The translations under genes were made by a program, and so were the position numbers. Below, piece by piece: positions 1 through 26,159 of a stretch of DNA of 64,000 nt (the first letter of the stretch is position 1; every line of letters begins with the position of its first letter). Source of the DNA: Chrysomallon squamiferum (taxonomy: Eukaryota > Animalia > Mollusca); NCBI GenBank assembly GCA_012295275.1, contig CM022675.1, positions 15,810,001-15,874,000 of the forward strand. Reading direction: 5' to 3'. Under the pieces are notes generated by a model that was given only the letters and a program-made list of their open reading frames with translations, had not been told where the DNA came from and did no database searches.

Positions 1-92
1 AATGTATGATCTCATGTTGAATTACTTGAAGAAGAATGGATTAACTAAGTAAACAGATTATTGTAATACCTGAGATTATCTTTTTCCACTGT

Positions 93-8550
<8,458 letters not shown>

Positions 8551-8559
8551 TATCAAGCT

Positions 8560-8650
8560 CTAACTCTTCGAAATCCTAAATAGAAAGAATGGCTTCTTCC
8601 TTCTAGGTTGAATGTAGGTGACGCTGGAGTCAAGTCACGTGATTAAATTA
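8560..8650 (-). promoter_or_regulatory. Core promoter / first-exon region of the hnRNP gene
   Basis: Directly upstream of the ATG exon. E-box GTCACGTGA at ~8634-8642 and a YY1-like GCCATT inside the 5' UTR. TSS not determinable from sequence. Confidence 0.5.
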
Positions 8651-9156
8651 ATTTCCATAAATCTACGACGAGCAGCACTAAAATTTGTTTTTCCACAATA
8701 AAAAATATTTTTGTCAAGGTCGAAGAACGAAAAAATAATTTTTAAAATTACTTTATATTCTATAAGTAATCAAATTATTTTTAATATATTGTCAAACGTT
8801 TTCTCCCGGATGTAGAAATAAAATATAGCGACGAACACCATACTCCGAGAAAGACCGAATTCAAACGAAAGATTTGTATACAATATTATGAATATATAAA
8901 TACCTAAAATGTATCATGATCCACTTTTTGAAAGTTCTCAGCTTGTCCTTCATACTCGATCTAGATTTGTTTCAGTATTGCATATATCTAGATGTGACTT
9001 CAGCGATTTCAATTTCTACAATAATCTGTAACTTGTGTCAGTTTCTGAAATTCAATTATAATTACAGAAGTTAGAGCAGAGTACTTTTGCCAGTTTAAAA
9101 ATGTTCTGCCAGTTATAATTAGATTTTAACTATTCAGGGTTCCAACTTAATTTTTA

Positions 9157-9216
<60 letters not shown>

Positions 9217-9535
9217 TTCATTTTGTGTCTATGTGTAAAATAACATTGTTATTTATTTGATTTATATCGCAAAATTCAAATGAATTATTTACCCAAAACA
9301 TTAATTAACATTAAAACTATTTTCACTGCAAACATTTTCATAGCTTCTTTCCTGGTATCTTAAAGTTATAAGAAAACATTTTAAAATAACATTTGTGATC
9401 GAAACCAGGTGGTATATCTATTGCGATTTTATGAATTCTTTATTTTATTTTATTTTATTTTATTTTATTTAGTTATTAAATTACAATTTTTGCCAGGTAA
9501 CTTATTCCATTTATTATGGGTTTTTTTTGTGGTAT

Positions 9536-9585
9536 TACTTCCCAGGCCTGCATTCTGACAAATGAACTACCATTTCCCATGACGC
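9536..9585 (+). promoter_or_regulatory. ZNF143/Staf (SBS)-like motif between the divergent genes
   Basis: ACTACCATTTCCCATGACGC (9566-9585) resembles ACTACAnnTCCCA..GC, with a second TTCCCAG..TGC half-site just upstream. Motif resemblance only. Confidence 0.35.
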
Positions 9586-9837
9586 TTCATTTTCAAGGTT
9601 GTATTCTGATCATTAATCTACAGTCCACCCTTGAAAACAGAGATGCATCACAGAATTAAAGTAATTTCTGTTGCTACTACTTCAGTTACTAATTATCAAA
9701 ACAGTATATTCTCAGTGATTAAATAATAATTCTTATTGTTAAACACTTAAGTAAATTTAAAACGGCAAGATAAATGACATGTTATCTCAAGAATGTACTC
9801 TTAAATAGTTTACACTCATGTACTTGAGATAAAATAA

Positions 9838-9942
9838 ATACTACTACTGCTGCTACTATTACTACAACTACTACTGATACTATTACTACTACTACTACTT
9901 CTGCTACTATTAATACTGCTGCTGCTACTAGTGCTGCTACTT
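9838..9942. repeat. Imperfect (CTA/CTG)n microsatellite
   Basis: Direct reading. Confidence 0.9.
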
Positions 9943-10005
9943 CGTTTATAGAATTATAATTTAGGATGAAGTCACTTTTATTTTAGATTGTTTTTGTTCT
10001 GTAAT

Positions 10006-10150
10006 TATAATGAAAATCTACTTTGGTAATAATTATATGAAAAAAATGACAAATATATGAAATACAGATAATTTTGTCAAAAAGCAGTACCGCTGAAGTA
10101 AATTGTCATTGAAGATCGCTGTAATTCATTCATGCCACGAATTCTAAAAA

Positions 10151-10183
<33 letters not shown>

Positions 10184-10312
10184 TTTCTATGTCGGTATTA
10201 TGATTAAATTTAAAACGATATGTAAGATATATACTGTTTTTGTTCACTATGATTTTAGTGTGAGAGATGAAAATGTGTTAGAGAGATGAAATAATATTTA
10301 TACTACAATACA

Positions 10313-10380
<68 letters not shown>

Positions 10381-11393
10381 ACTGAAGTTAAAATGTATAT
10401 ACTGTGGTAGCAACCAACAACACAACAACCGCTGAGAATCCTGCATCTTACTTGTTTGCTTTCACGTGGTTACCTCGCCGTGGAAGCATCTCATGTTTTG
10501 TGCAGTATTTTGCCAAATTTCTATGGATCCTAAGAAAGTGAGTGCAAAGGACAGTGCTGAGAAGAAGAAGCGGATTAAATATAATAAAATATTTTCTCTA
10601 ATTTATATTTGGATATTCATTTTTATTTTTATTAACTCATTCTTGCCAAAAGTATACTGAATGAATTTTTACCATAAAATCGTTACTACAGAGCAGATGA
10701 TACATTTTCCCATTCAGAACTATTACAGATTCCTAACAGGCATAACAAAACAAGTTTTCCATTTCAGTTTATTTAATCAGGAAATTTTTAACTGCAGACT
10801 TTTACAAATGTTTATTTTGTTTAATGAACTCAATATCAACCAGTTAACTAGTGATTATACGACCATTTCTGCATCACCCACCTAATTTGATCGGCTGGAA
10901 CGGATAAATGATATTTCAATTAATTTCGTTTGGGAAAATTAATTTGATATACGTGCAAATTGAGTTACGAGCTTTTTCACGTAACGAATTAAACTTGTAA
11001 GTCACGGTACCACTGTATATTATGCAGATAGATATCAACGACCAGATCAGATTTATCCGGCAAGTTTTGGACCGGAGATAATATTTCTGGATAATAGTTA
11101 AATACGTAATTAAAATATAAAATATAAAATACACAATGAAAAGTAAAAAGGAATCTATAGTTAACAGATACATTTTTATTTTTACCTTTATCAAAAATAC
11201 CTGTATATAATACTTGTATCACTTATTTATATTTCGAGTGGAAATTAAACAAATAAAAATTATAATACATTTAACATTTTAAAAATCAAGCAGAATGCCA
11301 TGCATAATATAAAAGGTTGAAAAGTTAACAAATGTTTATTTAAGTTATACATATAGAAAATTACGTGATATTGCATTGTACTTTACAGGATAA

Positions 11394-11440
<47 letters not shown>

Positions 11441-11875
11441 AAAAGTGTGTTTTATTTTTATTAATCCATTTTTAAAAAAGAAAAAGACAAACCTTTTTTC
11501 ACTCAGTACGAGAAATGGAATTCAGCAGGTTTTCTGAATTTGGTTTATGTTCGGTATTTGTATGTGTATATTTGTAGGAATGTAAAATGACTGAAATTCT
11601 CCACAAATTGTTCATATATATTAAAAAGGAAAAGTAACTGAAAACGCAAAGATAAGTGTAACGACTGAGAAAAAAAAGAAAAAGAAATGAAAGTGCCAAA
11701 TTAGAAATGATTTTCAGTCATTAAAATGATGCATTTATTTTCGAAGTAAATCTTTCAGTGAAAATCCAAAAAGTTTTTCTTAGCCCAGCAGAAAATCCAT
11801 TGCCTCATTATAAAATAATTATTTCAAGCTTGCTTGAAGAAAAACAGTAATGTCTTCCTGACTAAATCTTATACA
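10006..11875 (+). repeat. Left arm of ~1.85 kb inverted repeat flanking HP1 copy 1
   Basis: Reverse complement of 20825-22633. The ORF track gives near-identical peptides on opposite strands (10466+ vs 22202-, 10661+ vs 22007-). Contains (AAT)n, (GA)n and a Tigger relic. Confidence 0.95.
10400..11015 (+). mobile_element. Tigger/pogo (Tigger7/MER44-like) transposon relic inside the left arm
   Basis: Transposase start MDPKKVSAKDSAEKKKR. 3' terminus ..ACGAATTAAACTTGTAAGTCACGGTACCACTG followed by TA (11016-11017). Family assignment is from recalled consensus. Confidence 0.7.
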
Positions 11876-12275
11876 GACACACATACATGCACATACACGC
11901 ATACATGAACATACACAAAAAGCGTTTTGTTAGTATTATTATTTATTTGGTTATTGTTTTGCTGGCGTTGTCGAAATCATTCTTGTTAGGTTATAAGATG
12001 TTAAGAAAAAATTATCTGCGTTTTCACTGCAGCTTTTTCCAGCAGCGAACATGACTTTTATCTTAAATATATCTGCTCATTTTCCCCAAAACATAACCTG
12101 TTGTTTTATATTAGACATTTTAAAAACAAAGTTATCATTAAAACGTAATTTTGATTTTTAATCGCTTTCATTTCTCCATTTAGTTTAACATCTGATGTCA
12201 TCCAGTTTTGAATGAAATGTTATTCGTTTAAAAATAATAAAATCTGTTAAAATGACATTGTATTGACCTAAAAAA

Positions 12276-12306
<31 letters not shown>

Positions 12307-12479
12307 ACAAATAAAACTGAATTTCGCAATAAAATAACTTTCAATTCTATTGATAAATTATATTTAGTTTATCTTTATATTTATTCAGAATATATATAAC
12401 ATGGGATGATATGATTTGACTCATTCTAAAACCCTTAAAATGGTATACTCTAAACGTTAGTGTCTCTCAAAATTGGTAC

Positions 12480-12790
12480 TGCCGCAGTTGAAGCGTCTGA
12501 TCGTTTTTGCTGGGTTGCGGCCTTTTACGATATTCAGTAACAATTTTCTTCACTTCCAATATCATTGAGTCTGCGCATTACCACAAGAAAGGAATCGCGG
12601 TCATTTAAGCTGTATTATGTTTTCTGGTCAACCAAAGCACCGATCAGGTAAATATTCATAATTAAAAATAACGTTAAAATACTATATTAATAGTAATAAG
12701 AATGTGTTCCATCCATAACTTAAGGTTTAGAGGTCTAGATTTTTGTCTAACATGTAAATAAAAGATAAAATGAAAATGGCGCCTTGTCTT
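12480..12790 (+). promoter_or_regulatory. HP1 copy 1 promoter and non-coding first exon (donor after 12647)
   Basis: Locally CpG-richer patch, TGCGCAT (NRF1-like), donor CAG|GTAAAT at 12647/12648, YY1-type AAAATGGCG at ~12773. Confidence 0.55.
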
Positions 12791-14764
12791 TTTTTTAGCA
12801 ATGGAGCATGTGGTGTCAGCAAAGTTTTCTCTGTTAAAAACTGCTAACTTCTTTTTGCACCAGTGTATAATATATATTTAATGTTTAGCATAACAAAATG
12901 TTTCAGATCACAACTTCAGTAATACAAAAAGCACCGCAACATGAAAAATGTATACTTCAGTTTTTCAAAAAGATCGGCCTGAATAGCTTATTTGTGAATC
13001 TTCAAATTAATGTTACTAAAAAAATGGAACAATTATAATTCAAATAAAACTGTTAAATATTAATGTTATAATGATAGAACTGAAATAAATCACTGTTACA
13101 ATGTTGCTGTCTGTACAGTCTACAAATATCTGTGTGTCGCAGCGTCATCATCGGTTATGTCAAAATCTTAATCCTAGAGAATCTGATATTCTTGTTTGAT
13201 TTATCTCTTGTATACTTAAAATAGGTAACTCCATTAATTCATTTAAGGGCATTACATTTCAGCTGCCCTCACAATATATTCAATGGACAGTTATAATCTG
13301 GTTGGTGTTACAATGCTAATTTATTAGTTTTTCTTTACTATTAATTTTTTTTTTATAACCATTTTATAATCAACTGTATAAATTAGAAAAAGAACTACAT
13401 TTAAGCTGTTGTATGCATCATGAATTTCTGTTTTATTTTTAACAACTACATATTATAGTAATGTAAATGTGATAATGAGGAAGTTGAGCTCATATATGAC
13501 ACAGCTTCATAGAAACATTCAACATTCTACTCAGAATGCCGAATTGTTTGCAGTTTCGAAACAATAATAAAAATAGTAATGTTACCTTTTGTTTTAACAT
13601 GAAATATTTGATGAATGCAATACAATAAAACATTTACAAGATTCCTCCCACAACAAAAACCAAAACATTAATTGATTAAATAATGTGTATAGCATTTGTC
13701 TGCTAATGTTTCCATACCAGAATTGCCAAAAATTAATAGTAAAATAATATAAGGGGAAATTTTTGATTTTTTAAAAAAATATCACAGAGTACAAATCTTA
13801 ATTAGTGCTTTTACTATAGTTGTTGATTTGTGATAGGAAATAATACATTTTATAGCTGTAATTAATCTATGTTCTTATATTTGACATAATATTTGGAAAG
13901 GTGTTGTATTCAGCTTTTTAAATCTTTATTATTTTAAATTGCACCTGTAGAAAAAGAAACCATATGATTATTATTATTATTTGTCTTAATTGACACCAAC
14001 ATTAATAATTTTGTATTTGAGCATAACTTTCAACAGAGCTGAACCTTCATTTTAGGAATCGATTATTAGACAGGAACAAAAATAATTGGAAAATTATTTC
14101 CTTCGAATTTCCAGTAATAAACAGGACTGTTTTGTCAGCACAATACAGTAACATCTTGTTTGCATGTGTATTCATGAATCAGTATTAACATAACTGAAAA
14201 CCTGATCACTTGAACACATGGTGATGCTAATAATAATTTTTATTTTTATATTTATCATATTACTGTTTCCACATCATCAACAACAGGGCTTGTACAGCAG
14301 GGTTTTCTGCTGTTTGCAAATCACAAGTTCTATAGCATTCTTGTGTGAACTAACCTAAATAAAAATATTTTGTTCAGCATTTAATTAGTGACTCTACTAA
14401 TTACTAAACATCTGGTTACATTTTATTTCAGCGATACTGTACTATTTTGAACAAAGCAAGTGAAAAGTATAAAACATTCACTAGGTGGGTGCTGATACCT
14501 GTAAAAGAAACTTAAGATTAATGTTACTTATTTTAATTTCTTTTCTTTTTTAGCCTTTTCAAAAAAGAATACTGATGAATATTTAGTATAGATCTCTAAA
14601 ATATTTTAATTTTTAAATGCTTTGAAAATATAATCAGTTGTAAACGACCTATCAGCAGTTGTATACATTATACATACGTAGTATTTAAAGTAACCAGCAT
14701 CGAGTATGACTACATTTCATCATGGTGTTGTAGATTGGTTAAACTTTTGCTTGATGTTGTAGAC

Positions 14765-17574
<2,810 letters not shown>

Positions 17575-18816
17575 CTGAAGGTTAAATATGCCATTCATTA
17601 ACAGAAGAAAAAAAGAATAGAAAAATTCATCAAAATATTTTATTTTGCTGATGGTAATTGCAACCATGTTGTTTGAAGGAAAGTGCTCAGATTGTCTTCA
17701 GATTTGATTGTTCAAAATTGGACTGCTCTAGAAGAAAATGTTTTCTGTGTTGTATCCTAGTGGTTGCAGTAAAACAGTTAAAAAGTTGTTTGTATGCAGT
17801 TTCATTGCACAGCTCCATGGCATCTTTTACATTCTTTGGTTCCTTCTTTTCTTATGGGGCTTGCAACATTTAAAACACAAATTATGAATAAATAACATTG
17901 CAGGATTGATGCAGATAGCAGTGGAGTTACAATATTTCACAGAGTTGAAGGTTGACAACTTAAAATCCAAAGTAGGAAAACAGATCTATCATGTTTACTT
18001 CTAATCATTTGGTTTTATTGCATCCTAGTTCAGTTATATAAATTCTTTGAGTTTGTTTTGTTTAAATGTTTTATATACAGTTAATTTTACACTTTTGAAA
18101 GTTTTTCAGGATTAATAATTATATTTTGTTTTTAAATTTAAAAATTAATCTTGATCATGTTAGTGAAGTGAAATACTGTTTTAATTTGTTTTCACAGGAA
18201 ATATGTTATGTGTATATTTTAAACACATGCATTTTATTATTATGATCAGTTTTAATTAGTGGTAATGTTTTACTCACAGTATAAGATATAAGTAAATAAG
18301 CAGTGAGAAGGTGCATTTATTGTCGGATCTGGAATTGTGATTTGAATTAACCAGAAATATAATTATTAGAAAATAATTAAGAACAAAACTTTAATTTTAA
18401 TTTTATTTTTATTTTTATTTTTATGCAGAGTAAAAGTTAAAATTCCTTTCTTCTTTTGCTGCTTTTGTTTTTATCTTTACTTGCTATGTTTTCACTGTGA
18501 AAGCTTTGTGGCACTTGAAGGTTTTAGTTTGAATGTTATGCTAGTGTACGTGAGATGACAAAATCTTGTTTTGTTTTTCCTATTGATACCAAAATTTTAA
18601 TTGTGTTTTGGTATAAAATAAGTAAAGTAATAAAAAAAAAAATTAAAAAGAAGAAAGAAATTAAAACTGGTTTAAACTTACATCTTAATATTTAAACAAG
18701 AATATAAAAATCATACATTAAATTTTCATATCATTTCATTTTGTACAATTTGAATATCTTTTTGAAAATCTTTTTTCTGATAATTAAAGCTGCATTTTAA
18801 TATTGGACACTGGTCT

Positions 18817-19280
18817 ACAATCCCTTATCTGAAATGACTAGCTAGATATTTGCAGAATGTGGTACAGTTAATGTTGTATTCATAATTACAACCTCGAAAC
18901 TCCCTTACTTCCACAAGTAGAACTGAATATTCAAGCATTTAAATTTTTCTCAAAAATTAGGATAGATACTATATAGCCAATTTAATTGTAAATTAGGATA
19001 GATACCGTATAGCCAAATTAATTGTAAATTAGGATAGATACTGTATAGCCAACTTAATCTCATAAATTACAATAATTATAATTTATATTTATGGAAAATT
19101 AGTTCTTAAATGTAAATCTATGATAGACAAAGGTATTCTGCATGTAAAACATTAGACAAAAATAGACTATAATATAGTTTACATTTTACAGTAAAGTGAG
19201 GAAATAAACAAAATATTATGTATAAACCAAGCTAAGCAGTGTATGTGGTTTTGGGCATGTACATTCGGATAAGGGATTGT
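18817..19280. mobile_element. Non-autonomous DNA transposon (MITE) downstream of the HP1 stop
   Basis: Inverted termini ACAATCCCTTATCTGAAATG / CATTCGGATAAGGGATTGT. Internal ~36-bp unit AAATTAGGATAGATAC..TATAGCCAA three times at ~18954-19052. Confidence 0.65.
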
Positions 19281-20564
19281 GGGTGGAGGAAAGAAAAACT
19301 AGTATCTTTAAAATAACTGGCAGGGAACTTAGTAATTCAGGAACATCTAATAATTATATAGACTAACAATTAACAGTGTACGTATTAAATTTCACTGAAA
19401 TACTAAGATCATGTGAAATCTAAATGCTATTGGATTGTACTTGTATTACAGAAGAAAAAAGAAATAGTGAAAATGTCAAAATGTTTATATTATTGTAAAA
19501 CGAAAACAAAAACGTTTTCATTCCACCTGTTATAAATGTTTTAGTTAACATTCTGAAAAATAAACACTGTGTAAAACATAACATTATACTTCCAGAGTGT
19601 AAAACAGAATTTGTATGTTTTCATCATTTTCTTTTCTAATAAATTTTTTTCACTGTGTATCTGCTAGGCATAAAGACTCATTTGCTGTTGGTCTTTTATT
19701 GAATCGAATGCAGTTTTTGGACAAATATGTAAACCTTGCTTTTTTTCACCTCAGTTTTATGTTTACCTTTCATACAATAGTGTAATTAATAACATGTTAC
19801 GACATCTTTAAACAGGATTTATGAATGACAAATAATTTTACGTTTCTTGTACAAGAATGTAATGTAGACTTGTAAAGACTGATAATAGTGATGTAGAAAA
19901 TTGTGTTTCATATTTTAAATGAATAAAGAATCTTGTCACCTCACATTGACTTGTTGTCTCTCTAAGTATGAAGTGTCTAGGCCCACACACAGAAATTTAC
20001 ATTGGGGCTGCATAATCTATGATTCAAAGTGCTGGAGTTTGTGGGTCATGGGGGCAAGCTGCTCTCCTGGAAAAATCTAGAACACTGGAGATCCATTTTC
20101 CTGTAATCCGAGAAGTAATTGGAAAGGTAGGTAATGAAATTGGGGTCTGTCAGAACAGATCTGTGGAAAAATTAAGGATATTGGTTATGTAACCGAACAT
20201 TTCTACTACACGTTATGAAATCTACTCTAAGTGAAAACTTCATACAGTTCGCAGTCTTGCCTATTTTGATTTTTACCCATCAGTAGAGGGATCTTGGCAG
20301 ACTGGGGGGTGTCCATACATTTTTCTTCTGTAATTTCTTTTATGTTAAATCGGTGAGAAAACAAATGGTCAAAATATTTTTGAGTTACCAGTTTCTCTTT
20401 AATTTATTACAAAAGAATAATGATTTGCAATGTTGTTGAGGAAAAGGTGGAACTGCAATGTTCACAAAGCCCAGTTTGGTAGGAGGGAATGTTATAAATG
20501 ACTGTTCTAAGCATGCAGAAATGAATTTTGGTATCTTCATTAATTCATTTAATAAATTTATGTT

Positions 20565-20790
20565 AATCAAATTAGGTGGGTGATGCAGAAATAGTTTTAT
20601 AATCACTAGTTAACATTAGTAAAAGTGCAGTTAAAAATTTCCTGATTAAATAAACTGAAATGGAAAACTGTTTTTCCACGGCAAGGTAACCATGTGAAAG
20701 CAAACAAGTAAGATGCGGGATTCTCAGCGGTTGTTGTGTTGTTGGTTGCCACCACAGTACATACATTTTAACTTCAGTGTTCTCTCTCTC
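20565..20790 (-). repeat. Extra partial, internally deleted copy of the inverted-repeat unit
   Basis: Reverse-complement matches to ~10750-10890 and ~10370-10480 joined together. Confidence 0.8.
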
Positions 20791-20824
20791 TGTGTGTTCT
20801 CTCATGCGTGTATGTGTCAGTGTG

Positions 20825-22446
20825 GGTGTGTAAGATTTAGTCAGGAAGATATTACTGTTTTTCTTCAAGCAAGCTTGAAATAATTATTTTATAATGAGGC
20901 AATGGATTTTCTGCTGGGCTAAGAAAAACGTTTTGGATATTCACTGAAAGATTTACTTTGAAAATAAATGCAACAACAGTTTAATGACTGAAAATCATTT
21001 CTAATTTGGCACTTTCATTTCTTTCTTTTTTTTCCTCAGTCGTTTACTTATTTTTGTGTTTTCAGTTACTTTTCCTTTTTAATATATATGAACAATTTGT
21101 GGAGAATTTCAGTCATTTTACATTCCTACAAATATACACATACAAATACCGAACATAAACCAAATTCAGAAAACCTGCTGAATTCCATTTCTCGTAGTGA
21201 GTGAAAAAAGGTTTGTCTTTTTCTTTTTTAAAAATGGATTAATGAAAATAAAACACACTTTTGTATTATTATTATTATTATTATTTTATCCTGTAAAGTA
21301 CAATGCAATATTACGTAATTTTCTATATGTATAACTTAAATAAACATGTTTACTTTTCAACCTTTTATATTATGCATGGCATTGTGCTTGATTTTTAGAA
21401 TGTTAAATGTATTACAATTTTTGTTTGTTTAATTTCCACTCGAAATATAAATAAGTATTATATACAGGTATTTTTGATAAAGGTAATAAAAAAAAAAAAA
21501 AATGGTTCTGTTAACTATAGTTTTCTTTTTACTTTTCATTGTGTATTTTATATTTTAATTACGTATTTAACTATTATCCAGAAATATTATCTCCGGTCCA
21601 AAACTTGCCGGATAAATCTTATCTGGTCGTTGATATCTATCTGCATAATATACAGTGGTACCGTGACTTACAAGTTTAATTCGTTATGTGAACAAGCTCG
21701 TAACTCAATTTGCACGTATATCAAATTAATTTTCAGAAATGAAATTAATTGAAATACCATTTATCCGTTCCAGCCGATCAAATTAGGTGGGTGATGCACA
21801 AATGGTCGTATAATCACTAGTTAACTGGTTGATAATGAGTTCATTAAACAAAATAAACATTTGTAAAAGTCTGCAGTTAAAAATTTCCTGATTAAATAAA
21901 CTGAAATGGAAAACTTGTTTTGTTATGCCTGTTAGGAATCTGTAATAGTTCTGAATGGGAAAATGTATCATCTGCTCTGTAGTAACGATTTTATGGCAAA
22001 AATTCATTCAGTATACTTTTGGCAAGAATGAGTTAATAAAAATAAAAATGAATATCCAAATATAAATTAGAGAAAATATTTTATTATATTTAATCCGCTT
22101 CTTCTTCTCAGCACTGTCCTTTGCACTCACTTTCTTAGGATCCATAGAAATTTGGCAAAATACTGCACAAAACATGAGATGCTTCCACGGTGAGGTAACC
22201 ATGTGAAAGCAAACGAGTAAGACGCGGGATTCTCAGCGGTTGTTGTGTTGTTGGTTGCTACCACAGTATATACATTTTAACTTCAGTGCTCTCGCTCTCT
22301 CTCTCTCTCTCTCTGAATGTGTATTGTAGTATAAATATTATTTCATCTCACTAACATTTTCATCTCTCACACTAAAATCATAGTGAACAAAAACAGTATA
22401 TATCTTACATATCGTTTTAAATTTAATCATAATACCGACATAGAAA

Positions 22447-22491
<45 letters not shown>

Positions 22492-22633
22492 TTAGAATTC
22501 GTGGCATGAATGAATTACAGCGATCTTCAATGACAGTTTACTTCAGCGGTACTGCTTTTTGACAAAATTATCTGTATTTCATATATTTGTCATTTTTTTC
22601 ATATAATTATTACCAAAGTAAATTTTCATTATA
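20825..22633 (-). repeat. Right arm of ~1.85 kb inverted repeat
   Basis: Collinear reverse complement of 10006-11875 with few substitutions and microsatellite length differences. Followed by a further ~75 bp re-copy at 22634-22710. Confidence 0.95.
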
Positions 22634-23389
22634 GCTCTGTAGTAACAATTTTATGGCAAAAATTCATTCAATATACTTTTGGCAAGAAAGAGTTAATAAA
22701 AATAAAAATATAAATCAGATAAAATATTTAGTTAAACTTAGTTAAAAGCCTCCATTGGCTGGTGAGCAGAGCACGGCTGCCTGTGTAACGACAGAGAACA
22801 GGTCTATTCTGTGGCCACCATTTATCCGGCACACTCATGTTTCTCATCATACGCACGTTTCAAGAAAACCTGTCAACAAAACAATGATAAATGACAAAAC
22901 GAGATATTGCATGGGTACGTTATCAGTTAGTCAGTTTATTAACAAAACGTATTTATAAATTAAATTTAATTTATCGAACTGAGAACACAGATACTGAGAT
23001 AGCGAGATTGAGCTGAGCCAGACTTTTTCAGCTGGGCAGTAGATTACTATAGACTGGGTCCAAGTGGCGTCACGAAAACGAAGTCGACCACTTTTCGGAC
23101 CACCGAAGCCTTTGTTGCTTTACCTATGGCAGCGAGGCGTGCCCCATAAAAGAAGAAGTTGTACGATGACGAAGAAAAAAGGACATTATTGAAACGTTGA
23201 GGAATGTTACAACAGATCAGAGAGCGATGTAGAAAAGATTCACTATCATGTAATTCCAGCTATAATAAAACATCAAGGTGAAGAAACTGAGCAGTGAACG
23301 GAGGCGATTATGGCTTGCAATGCTGAATAAAAATATGGACGGCAAAAATCCAGCAAATCTTCGAACGGGCCGGTTCCGCAATGTAATTA

Positions 23390-23702
23390 TTTAGAGTTAT
23401 CTTCCGATTCCTGACTTCCGGGTAGTACCGTTTGCTTTGCACACAATTTAATGGCCACTGTCACTTATAACCAGAAATCAGAGCTGCAGTTGTAGTAACG
23501 CCTTATGATTTTCCATCTCGAACTCTTGCCCAGAAACCATTTGATTTAGTCCAAGTGCAGCCTTTACTATTCAGGGAGCAGGAAGGTAAACAGCCACGAA
23601 GTCTAACATTAATTTTTAGTTATCAGTGCGTTACAAGCGAGGTTATGATGGATGAATAGAGGATATCTACGCTTATAGAATCATAAAGGTGAGACCATTT
23701 TG
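23390..23702 (+). promoter_or_regulatory. Candidate promoter and non-coding first exon for the THAP unit
   Basis: CpG-richer block 22750-23800, ETS motif ACTTCCGG at 23414-23421, donors AAG|GTGAGA (after 23688) and TG|GTAAGG (after 23702). Confidence 0.35.
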
Positions 23703-24931
23703 GTAAGGACCGAAATACGTACTTGGTGTGTTGTAATTTGCAAAATCGGAACCGATGCGGGGAGGGAGGGGCAATTGTGGACGCTTTGTTTAAACACTCA
23801 AACTGGTTTTCACAGAGATTATTTTATTGATGTAGTTCTCTATCTCGGTATCTATTTACTGAATAAAACATGGATGCTGCATGATATTTTGTGATTAATT
23901 ACCGTTTGGTTATAGCAGTGCTATGTAAACAATGAAATGTAGACTGGACTATCTATATTACTATTAGCCTAAGTAAATGTAATTTAAATTGTTAAAAACA
24001 TGTTATTGAAAGCGGAATGGGATGTTGTACTAGTCATAGGGTTTGATTATTCTTATGTACATGTATTATATATGTGTGTTTGTTGTGTTTAAAATTTATA
24101 ATATATGTAACAGTATTTGAGTTTGTTTTCAAAAAGATGACAAACAGCTGTAGGTTCAGGACAATGGCTTTTTATTTGACATCACACACAATGTATGTTT
24201 AAAACCTTGAAACAGTCAAATCAATAAATTAAAATACAACAAGATGACATTACAATAAGAAATACATACATATGACGCATGACATTCCCTAGACTGTCAT
24301 AAATAATTAAACATCTATCGAAGCACATATTGCTAATACATGGTTCCTATCAAACAATACATGTGACATTACACCATATATTATTCCTTCATGCAATTAT
24401 ACAATCCATACTTTCCTAATACATTCACTACTAATGTTTAACATATTCATATACATCACATCATAAAATTATACACTTAACTACACAGTCATGTACATAC
24501 CAAGTTTGTGTAACTAAGGTTTAACACCTGGCTGGTAACCGACACACACATTCAACAATAGTGATCTAAATAAAATAATAAAACACATTACAATCAAAGT
24601 CCATAATTATATTAATAGCAGTACTAGTCATAGCATAAAATAAACTATCACTTCTGAGAATGCAAACTATACAAACATCTTACTCTCAGTTAACTATCAC
24701 ACAATAATTAACTTAATGTTAAACCCCTTAGTATTTAGTTATAAGAAAATATTATATAATGCTATTGACATTGGATTAATTAGATATACTAAACATTAAA
24801 ACACATATGCATACAATGATTACCAGTAAATAAGAATAATTTAATTAGTTACAGGAAACATTACAAATATTATAAATTACCATTATATACAGATAAAACT
24901 CGATATTGCACATCTATATTTTTTTCACAGG

Positions 24932-25403
24932 ATGGGTAAGAGGTACTGCTGTGTGCCAGGCTGTCACAACACCTCTGACTCTCTACAACCAGACGGATCC
25001 CACTTTATTATGCGACGCTTTCCCATGTCAGAGAAGAAAGCTCACATCAAACAGCAGTGGCTCGCCAGAGTAAGAAATGTGAGGGCTGACTTCTGTTTAC
25101 GAGATAACACGAGAATATGCAGTGCACACTTTGAGGGTAGCTTTACAGACACATCCGTGCCAACCATATTTCCATCCAAACCAAAGACAGCAGTGACCCC
25201 AAGAAGGCCTCTTGTCAGACACAGTCGAAATGATAGTATAGAGAACCAGAACCATTCAGACAACTGTGAGAATGACTGCAACACCAGTGTTGAAACTCAG
25301 ACAGTTACTGTTACAACAACAGATTCGTGGACAAACACAACTCAGCCAGTTATTACAGATACCAGAACACAACATGGGTCAGCATTTTCATCAATCAGTG
25401 TAG
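24932..25403 (+). CDS. THAP zinc-finger exon (C2CH), transposon-derived
   Basis: MGKRYCCVPGCHN..RFP..QQWL..RICSAHF..SVPTIFP contains all THAP signature residues. Acceptor TTTTTTCACAG immediately before G-ATG; phase-1 donor AG|GTAAAG at 25403/25404. Confidence 0.85.
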
Positions 25404-26159
25404 GTAAAGTATTATAGTAATGTTTACTTCCTTTAACTGTTATATTTAACTTTCTGTTATTATACGGCAATATGGAGCAGATAGTATACAAGTTCCACAA
25501 GGAACAGGAACAAGTTTACCACATCCGATACACTGGGCAAAGTCAAAGCCCTTTGTTAGTTTCTAACTGTTTGAGTTTGTTTACGTACAGAGGATGTTGG
25601 ATAAATAATTTAATGGTTTAGTAATGAAATCTTAACTCTGGGTCTGCGATCAATCAGTGATGAGTGGAGAGATTCTGGTCAGTTATTGACGTGTCAACAG
25701 GCTTATGTCGTGGGTATTTAGAGTATGTTTTGTTGGATAACAGTTTGCTTTGTTGTGGTGTGTTTTTCGCAATAGCCAATCTGGTTTTTACTACCCAGAA
25801 GTTGTTTGTGCAACGGCATCTAATGACAAATCAACACACACACACACACACACACACTTTATTGCATTTGTTTAAACAATTATTTTACATGTTAAGCAAT
25901 AATTAAAATCTTCTTGTGTGTGCATACAAATATATAAAAACAAAAACGAGAACAAAAAGAGAATTGACATAGTATTACATATATTTATAAATCTTACAAA
26001 CATTAAGACTGATTTTAAACATAAATTATATCACCATGCACATTGTACAATATAGTACTAGTATGTACCATAGTTCAACAGTATATATTTGAACATACAT
26101 AAATTTGTTAATCCTGTATTTTATTAGACATATTTAAATAAACTGCTGTACATTTTCAG

